The position numbers were made by a program, and so were the translations under genes. The notes beneath the pieces are model-generated. The model had not been told where the DNA came from. It saw only the letters and a list, made by a program, of their open reading frames with translations, and searched no databases. A DNA stretch of 64,000 nt from Octopus vulgaris (Eukaryota), in contig OX597826.1 in assembly GCA_951406725.2 (NCBI GenBank), positions 9,672,001-9,736,000 on the forward strand, written 5' to 3'. The first letter of the stretch is position 1, and each line of letters begins with the position of its first letter. Below are positions 55,735 through 64,000 of the stretch, piece after piece.

Positions 55735-55738
<4 letters not shown>
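55036..55738. mobile_element. Young fold-back element, arms of about 275 bp, hammerhead-like motif in both arms
   Basis: About 55093-55368 is the near-perfect reverse complement of about 55462-55738; CCA-CTGATGC-G-GTCAC..GTGAC-GAAA-GAACTT-TGG at 55579-55618; embedded in (TA)/(TAGA)n. Confidence 0.75.
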
Positions 55739-55772
<34 letters not shown>

Positions 55773-56019
55773 GATAGATAGATAGATATTTATATAGATA
55801 GATAGATAGATATTTATATATATATATAGTGCTCAAGTGAAATTTGTGCCTGAACTCCATTACTAACCTTTCACATCTTGTACTCTTCTTAGCTTCTTTC
55901 TATATATGATACTCCTTTGTGTATATTTGCATTTCTCTTCAACATGTTATATATATATATATAAGTGTAAATATGTCCTAAACTGACTTGATACTTGTTG
56001 ACTGCCTCTTCATGCTTTG

Positions 56020-56430
56020 GTTCTTTTGTCTTTTTCTTGTTTCAGTCATTTGACTGTGACAGTGTCTAGGGCACCACCATCAGGGGTCTTAGTCAAACAA
56101 ATCAACCCTAGTACTTATTCTGTCAGTCTCTTTTGCTAAACCACTAAGTTATGGGGACACAAACATACCTACTCTGGTTGTCAAGTGGCAGACCAACATA
56201 GACACAAAGACACACACACATAAGTATATACATACATATACATACATGCATATATCTATATATATATATATATATATATATGACAAGCTTCTTTCAGTTT
56301 CATTTATAAGGCTTTGGCCAGCCCGAGGCTATAATAGAAGACATTTGCCGAAAGTGCCAGGCAGTGGAACTGAACCCATAACCATGTAGTTGGGGAGCAA
56401 GTTTCTTACCACACAGCTGCACCTGAACCT
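56020..56430 (-). mobile_element. SINE family A
   Basis: Homology to 3208-3630. Confidence 0.85.
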
Positions 56431-57005
56431 ATATATATATATATTTATAAAATCATCATCATCTTCATTTAATGTCCACTTTAATATTCACTTTACTGTG
56501 CAGAGTTTTATTTGAGGCAAATATTTTATTGCCTGAAGAACTTTGTGTTGCCAGCCCTCACCTGTTTCCAAACAAGGTAATATGCCTTGATGGCCATACC
56601 TGTCCTCACAGAATATTGGAAATGAACTACACAGCTTGTATGACTGTGACACTCATCTACGATTATCAAGCAATGTCAAGAAAAGGCCACACACACAATG
56701 GGCTTCTTTCAGTTTCTATCTACCAAATCCACTCGCAGGGTTTTTGCTCAGCCCCAAGATCTAGTAGAAAACAGTTGCCCAGGGTGCCATACAGTAGGGC
56801 TGAACCCAAAACCACACTACCACATCTGCACCTATATATACATGTGTGTGTGTATGTGCACTAGGGTTTATTCAACTGACTTCTGCCCCTTCTCTCTATC
56901 TCTCTCTCTTTCAAAGTTATTAGGGAGTGCGAAGGGGTGATTATCTTACATTCCACAAGTATAAGAAATCAATATTAATGGATAAACTTTCTCTCCCTTT
57001 TTCAG

Positions 57006-57047
57006 ACATGCGAGTTTCTCTATCCAGAGGAGTAACTGTTAGCAATC
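57006..57047 (+). other. 5'-UTR part of the first coding exon, with an out-of-frame uATG at 57008
   Basis: Follows the AG acceptor at 57004-57005; uORF MRVSLSRGVTVSNHGSL* overlaps the main ATG. Confidence 0.65.
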
Positions 57048-57132
57048 ATGGATCACTTTAGCAGACACTTCATGAGATGGTTGCTCTTTCTGCTACTATT
57101 ACCATGGACCAATTGCATCTCTTTCAGTCGTG
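57048..57132 (+). CDS. First coding exon of an unidentified secreted or membrane protein; signal peptide MDHFSRHFMRWLLFLLLLPWTNCISFSR(G)
   Basis: Polypyrimidine acceptor (ctttctctccctttttcag|A at 57006), in-frame upstream TAA, ATG at 57048, basic N-region plus hydrophobic core LLFLLLL plus small-residue C-region, phase-1 donor G|gtaagt at 57132/57133. Confidence 0.75.
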
Positions 57133-57363
57133 GTAAGTTATTCATTTTTCTTTTCCTTGGAATTGGTTATAATCTTTGATATATAATTTTTTTTTTGATA
57201 TTTTCATTCTGATTTATAGATCTCAAGATACGTGATTTATTTTCTGCATAAATTTTTACTTGCATATTTTTGCGTGTGTATAAATGTGTATTTGCTCATA
57301 CAATAACTGTGTGTGTGCTTCTGTGCATGCTCACATTCCTGTTTTTTCTATGTATATACAACT

Positions 57364-57930
<567 letters not shown>

Positions 57931-58591
57931 CATGTATAAATGCATGGATGCATGCATGATAAAGAATTTTCAATCAGTAGTTCGTTACATTTCTGTTGGC
58001 AAGTGTGACGAGAGAGCATCTGCAACTTGGTGTGCAGCATTTGAAAATGCACCAGTTTTATGACACCTTTGCTGTTTGTTGTCTTGTTGATATATATTGC
58101 AAAATATGAACACAAACACACACATACACACACACACTGCTTGTTTTTTTAAATTTACAGTTTCTGCCTACCTCGTTCTACTCGCAAGGTATTGCTCACC
58201 CAGAGCCTATGACAGACATAAAGTGCTAATTCAGTAAATCTATGATTGAAGATTTCTCAGTTATAACCATCCTGACTTTTTTTTTTCCAGACATAGATTA
58301 CCTTGGATCTAATGTATCCATTTAAAAAAAAACAAAAAAAAAAACAAAGAAATTGTAGGATGTGGTATAAAGATATTTGGCTGTTATTTCTTGCAGCATA
58401 GTGGCTCCCTCAGCATGTATTAGCAGCAGCTGAGAGCAACTGGGGAAACCCTTTAACCATTTAGCATTTAAACTGACCATATCGGGCCCTGTTTTATATT
58501 CAAACTGGTCAAATCCAGCCTCTCACACCTATCCTTCCATGTCATTCTAAAAATAAGCAGTTACATCATCGAAAGCTCAAAGATACAAGAT

Positions 58592-59017
58592 ATCTTTTAT
58601 CTTTTACTCGTTTCAGTCATTAGACTGTGGCCATGCTGGGGCTCTGCCTTGATGAATTTTTAGTCGAATGTATCAACCCTGGTACTTGTTTTTTTAAAAG
58701 CTTTGTACTTATTCAATCAGTCTCTTTTGCTGAACTGCTAAGTTATGGGGATGTAAACCCACCAACACCGGTTGTCAAGCAGTGGTGGGGGGACAACACA
58801 GACAGAAAGACACATACACACATACTCATATATATAGAGAGACAGACAGACGGACGGACAACAGGCTTCTTTCAGTTTCTGTCTATCAAATCCACTCATA
58901 AGGCTTCGGTTAGCCCAAGGCTATAGTAGAAGACATTTACCCAAGATGCCATGTAGTGGGACTGAACCCAGAACTATGTGGTTGAGAAGCAAACTTCTAA
59001 CCACATAGCCATGCCTG
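58592..59017 (-). mobile_element. SINE family A
   Basis: Homology to 3208-3630. Confidence 0.85.
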
Positions 59018-59141
59018 TGGATAAATAAGCATTATATTTGACAGAGTAATCTGAATGATAAAAGATTAAATACCCAACACAATGACTCAATGAAATGTTG
59101 AGTAAATTTGAGTTTAGGTTCATGAGCTGTTGGTGCACTAC

Positions 59142-59225
59142 CCAACCATCCCATATCCACCCAGCCATCCCATATCCACCCAGCCATCCCATATCCACCA
59201 AGCCATCCCATATCTACCCAGCCAT
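59142..59225. repeat. 19-bp minisatellite (CCAGCCATCCCATATCCAC), about 4.4 copies
   Basis: Direct inspection. Confidence 0.9.
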
Positions 59226-59935
59226 TTATTTCAGGGAAAGAATAAAAAGGATACTTGTATCCTTATCTAAGACACCCAAAAATAATGTCTTGGTAGTTCC
59301 TGTTTGAAAGAGTAATCTCATTGTACCCTATTCACATAGCAGCCAACAAAGAAAGGACACAATAGGTAATGTCCTCCTTGAAAAACCCCTAAAAAGATCT
59401 GCTCAAACAATATATCTGCTAAAATGAGAGTGGGGTTAGATTTTTTTGTTTTTTCATTTTTCTAATATAGACATAAGGCCTGAAATTTGGGGCATAGAGC
59501 TGGTCACTCATATCAGCCCCAGTATTTCATTGGTACCTTATTTTATTAACCTCAGTATTTCACTGGTACTTTCTTTTATCAACCCCTTCCTAATGCCAAC
59601 CACTCTGAGAGTGTAGTGGATGCTTTTTATGTGCCAGTTACGTAATACCGGTATCAGTCATGACTATAATCTCACTTGACAAGTGGGCACAGTATATCGC
59701 CAAAGGTCCCAGTCACTTGTCACTGCCTCAGTAAGGCCCAACGTTTGAACAGTGCTTTTTACATGGCACAAGCACAGGTGCCAGTTTTGTGACACTGGCA
59801 TTGGCCATGACTCCGATTTCACTTGGTTTGACATGTCTTCTCAAACACGGCATATCATCCAACGTTCAAAGGGTGCTTTTTACATACCAGTTACATGACA
59901 CTGGCGTCAGCCCCAACTACATATATATATATATA

Positions 59936-60734
59936 CAGGGTGCGATGGATAAATTGTTGCCATTTTATATTTTTAATTTTGCACATATGCATTGTTTTGA
60001 TTTTGTCAACTACACAGTATAGTAAGGTCAGTTGGGCACCAGCTGTGAGAAAAAATCACCATGACGCAATTCACTCTGCCAAAAGCTCCAATACGAACAT
60101 TTCAGAGTGTTTGGGTGTCAATCTGAGGACAGTGCATGTACCGAGAGTGATAAAAATCAAACATCCATGGTGTTTGGAGTGATCACTAGTCAAGGCTATG
60201 TTACGCCCCCATTAATCTTCCCACACAGCCTCAGACTCAACATGGAGGCCTACATCAAGTACCTGGAGGAGGTAGTGCTGCCCTGGGTCAAGAGAGTGGC
60301 TGCTGGAAGACCCTATGTCTGGCAACAGGACTCTGCACCATGCCATACAAACAGAAGAACCCAGTCATGACTGTCAGAAAATTTCTGCAACCACATCACC
60401 CCTAACATCGGGCCACCTAACACCTCAGTCTGCAACCCCCTTGATTATTATGTGTGGGGTGCAGTTGAGTTGAGAGACCAACAAAACTCCTTGTTACAGC
60501 AAAGATGAACTGAAGGCAAGGATTATGGCAGCATTCACCAACTTAAACTAGGAGACCATCCAGAAGAGTTGCAGGAGATTCCGAAGTCATCTGGAGGCCA
60601 TGGTTGAAGCCAATGGTGATTTTACTGAATAAATTTGCTCTTTAGTGTTCCAAGATATTTTTATGTAATTTTGGTAAATATATCTGTTAAACCGAGATGT
60701 CAGTATTATTTTCATTTTTATTCACCGCACCCTA
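59936..60734 (+). mobile_element. Internally deleted Tc1/mariner of the maT (DD37D) type; transposase pseudogene
   Basis: TIRs CAGGGTGCGATGGATAAA / TTTATTCACCGCACCCTA in TA context; MVFGVITSQG...WQQDSAPCH-...-NPLDYYVWG with 37 residues between the Asp residues; ends ANGDFTE*; stops and a frameshift. Confidence 0.9.
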
Positions 60735-61199
60735 TATATGTTTTAGAATGTAATAATGGTTACTGATTACATTGACAGTATTCTAGTGAGATTTGAACTC
60801 AGAACCTAAAGGCCCTGAACAAGTACTGCAAACCATTTTGTTTGGTGTTGTAACTGTCCTACCTGCTTACTGCCTTAATTTAAAAATATAATGTTAATAA
60901 TCTAAGAGTCAATCTGGTTATTTGATCAACATGATGATCAAATAGAAAAAACACACAACTATCACTTTGTGTGTGTGTGTTTCTCAAATACCTGGCTATG
61001 TTTGAGTTTTACTTTTTTTATTTCCTATTTTTCTTACTAGTTTCTATAGTTGTTTTGGAACAGTAGAGTTTGTAAATCCGTATCCAAAGTTTCTAGACCA
61101 TTGCAATCTCATTCTCAAGAATTGGTTTGAATATGTTTACCATTTGTGTTGTTTCTTATATACTAATTGAATTTGTCTAGACTTTCCCAACAAAGGCTT

Positions 61200-61808
61200 T
61201 TTAACTGTTGACATCAGGTGCATATATTTATCTATCTATGTACCGACATACGCATTCACCTGAACACACACATATGCAATGTTCAGATTATAAGCTTTTA
61301 TCGGAAATGGTTGAGATGAAAAGTGTTTAGGAAAGTCTACATTTGCATCTGTGAAATTGAGAATTTCACCCAAGTTTAAAACGCATTTTTCATTTACATT
61401 TCAGAATAAAGCTCTTTTTAATATACGAGCAAAACAACCCCTGTCCAATGGACAGTGCTGCGTTGTCAAACATTTAAACCAAATTTTTTGGTCTCTTAAA
61501 TATATTGCATTTTGTGGCATTATTTCAAGTCAGCCACCTTTTTTTTGCACAAACTGCACGTGCATTTTTCTCGCATACGCATAGTATCGATCACAACAAC
61601 TGATGTACTTGCACATACAAATGCACGTTCCCACAGCTTTATTGATCGCATTCTCACCTGGAATCGATTTTTGTAATTTTTTCGAGACTTATACACACCC
61701 TGATACTGTCGGTATCTACATATCAAATTTGAGTGCAATTGGATGGAGGATGCCCAAGATCCTAGAAGACACACAGACAGAAAGACAGAATGGATTTTAT
61801 ATAATAGA
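61200..61808 (-). mobile_element. Helitron-like element, 3' end undefined
   Basis: Minus strand starts TCTATTATATAAAA-(TCTG)n-...TCCATCCAATTGCACTCAAATTTG, the same layout as the 27396 element. Confidence 0.5.
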
Positions 61809-61814
61809 TAAATC

Positions 61815-61957
61815 CTTCATCTTTTACTTGTTTAGTATCAGACGGTGACCATGGTAGGGCACTGATGAAAGACACTGATAGAACACATACCAAGCAAGGT
61901 TGGTGTGGGGGGGGGGACAAACACAGACACACAAACATATACGCGCACATATATATG

Positions 61958-62017
<60 letters not shown>

Positions 62018-62348
62018 TACGACAGGCTTCTTTCAGTTTCCGTCTACCAAATCCATTCACAAGGCTTTGGTCAGCCTGAGGCTATAGTAGAAGACACTTA
62101 CCCAAGGTGCCACGCAATGGGAGTGAACCCAGAACCATGTGGTTCGTAAGTAAGCTGCTTACCACACAGCCACTATACACACACACAACAGGCTTCCTCA
62201 TAGTTATCATACATCATATTCATTCAGAATGCTTTGCTTGGCCCAGGGCTATAGTAGAAGACACTTGCCCAAGGTATTGTGCAGTGTGACTAAACCTGGA
62301 AATATGCAGTTGCAAATGAGTTACTTCACCACACAGCTATGCTTGTGC
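61815..62348 (-). mobile_element. SINE family A plus an adjacent second head
   Basis: Two tandem head regions (62020-62172, 62185-62348). Confidence 0.8.
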
Positions 62349-62721
62349 CACACACACAGATAAATAGATCCATACATTTATCCATACATGCTCACATCAT
62401 GAGGGTAATATTACATAAATTTGGCACTAGCCCATCATTTCACCACATGTAACAGTTTCACTTTGGCAGTGTTTCTGTTTTTTCCCCCAGATCACCTTTG
62501 CTTCAGCTTGTCAATCATATAAAACGCTCCATGTGACTTTCACTTTTTATGTTGCTTTTTATGCTCACCTGCAACAGGTCGCCCAGCATTTCTAAGACTT
62601 TGCCAAATAAATGCTGAAATAATTTGAATGGAGTTGCATAACTTTCCCTCATTCCTGAAGTAACATCTTAATGTATATTACGTCAAAAAAATAGTGAAAT
62701 AACTTTTTAAAAAGTGGTTTT

Positions 62722-63480
62722 TTATGGTAAGAAGCATGCTTCCCATCCATTTGGTTCCAGGTTCAATCCCACTGTGCGCATGGAACTTTGGGCAAGTGTT
62801 TTTTTACTATAGTCTCAAGGCTGATCAAAGTCTTGTGAGTGGATTTGGTAGATGGAAACTGAATGAAGACCATCATGCATGTATGTATGTATCTACATAA
62901 AGCTGGACTCAAGAGTCATCTTCGTAGTCATAAAGTGAGACAGATGAGTGACAACCTGGCCACTGGTGGTGGTGTAACACACCATACTAATCATATCTGT
63001 CGAGCATGTGGAAGAGAGAGTAATTGGGCAGGAGGACTTAAACGACATGCAAAGGTACATGAAGCCCAGTTACAACTACAGCCGGCTATTACCAGAAAAG
63101 GTTTTAGCTGCCAATTCTGTACAAGACATTGTAGATCTTTAGCTGGGTTAAAAAGTCACATTCGATCACAGCACCAGTAACAGTTAAGCTTTGTGCAATG
63201 GCCATACTCGATAACGAGGGGGCAGCCATCATCTACATATATGTATATATGTGTGTGTGTCTTTGTGTCTGTGTTTGTGCTCCCACCACCACTTGACAAA
63301 TGGTGCTGGTATGTTTACATCTCCATAACTTAGTGGTTCAGTAAAAGAGCCCAATAGAATAAGTACCAGGCTTTAAGAAACAAAAATAAGTACAGGGATC
63401 AATACATTTGACTAAAAGTTCTAGGTGTTGCCCCAGCATGGCCGCAGTCTAATGACTGAAGCAAGTAAAAGATAAAAGAT
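62722..63480 (+). mobile_element. SINE family A interrupted by the RTE fragment
   Basis: Head 62722-62890 and tail 63240-63480 join across the TSD. Confidence 0.85.
62900..63230 (+). mobile_element. 5'-truncated RTE-type LINE 3' end with C2H2-like zinc fingers, inserted into a SINE
   Basis: ORF end CRACGRESNWAGGLKRHAKVH...CQFCTRHCRSLAGLKSHIRSQH*; 9-bp TSD ATCTACATA at 62891-62899 and 63231-63239; near-identical second copy at 16121-16308. Confidence 0.8.
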
Positions 63481-63544
63481 TTAAAATTATAAAGAAAGAG
63501 AAATTATTTTAACAAACCATATTCCCTGCTAATTGATATTGGTT

Positions 63545-63902
63545 TGCATAGCTGTGTAGTTAAGAAGCTCCCCTTGCAGCCATTTGATTTGGGTTCAATC
63601 TCACTGCCCAGTACCTTGTATTACAGCCCCAGATCAACCAGTACCTTCTTAGTAATTTTGATAGATGGAAACTGTGTGGAAGCCTATTATATGCATCTAT
63701 ATATATATATGTATGTATGCATGTGTGTGCATGTCCCCCACCACCACTTGACAACCAGTGTTGCTTTGTTTACATTCCTGTAACTTAGAGTTTGTCAAAA
63801 GAACTGATAGAATGAGTACCAGAGTCAATTTGATCAACTAAACCCTTCAAGGTGCTGCCACAGCATGGCCACAGTCCAGTGGTTGAAACAAGATAAAAGA
63901 AT
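63545..63902 (+). mobile_element. SINE family A (diverged)
   Basis: Head to tail homology. Confidence 0.8.
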
Positions 63903-64000
63903 AGTTGAAAAGGAGCAGCTAATTGATGAGCTAGAAGTAGCAGTTAAATTTCCAATCCCCTTCTTTTGCCTTTATTCTTAAACATTTATGAATAAGACAG

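Noticed and set aside
59142-59225. 19-bp repeats as a CRISPR-like array
   Set aside because: Contiguous tandem units without spacers
62491-62525. Acceptor tttcccccag as second coding exon
   Set aside because: A phase-1 join hits TAA after 10 codons; no supporting donor

Overview
AT-rich, repeat-saturated eukaryotic DNA. The SINE repertoire and the dense (TA)n/(TG)n/(TATG)n arrays are typical of an octopus genome; this species call is an inference. Almost all ORFs in the supplied track are microsatellite or SINE read-through. The host-gene signal is one convincing + strand first coding exon that encodes a signal peptide (57006-57132, ATG at 57048, phase-1 GT donor), plus two candidate upstream 5'-UTR exons (49177-49607, and one ending at 53963). 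The rest is mobile DNA: several tRNA-type SINE families, RTE and CR1 LINE 3' fragments, a deleted DD37D (maT) Tc1/mariner, mariner, hAT and piggyBac MITEs, and Helitron-like elements. The most unusual signal is a set of six fold-back (inverted-arm) elements, five of them embedded in (TA)n tracts. Four carry hammerhead-ribozyme-like cores (CTGANGA...GAAA plus a short, (near-)palindromic helix III), which suggests Penelope-like or retrozyme-type elements that insert head-to-head into microsatellites. Coordinates were read by eye, so repeat boundaries are approximate.
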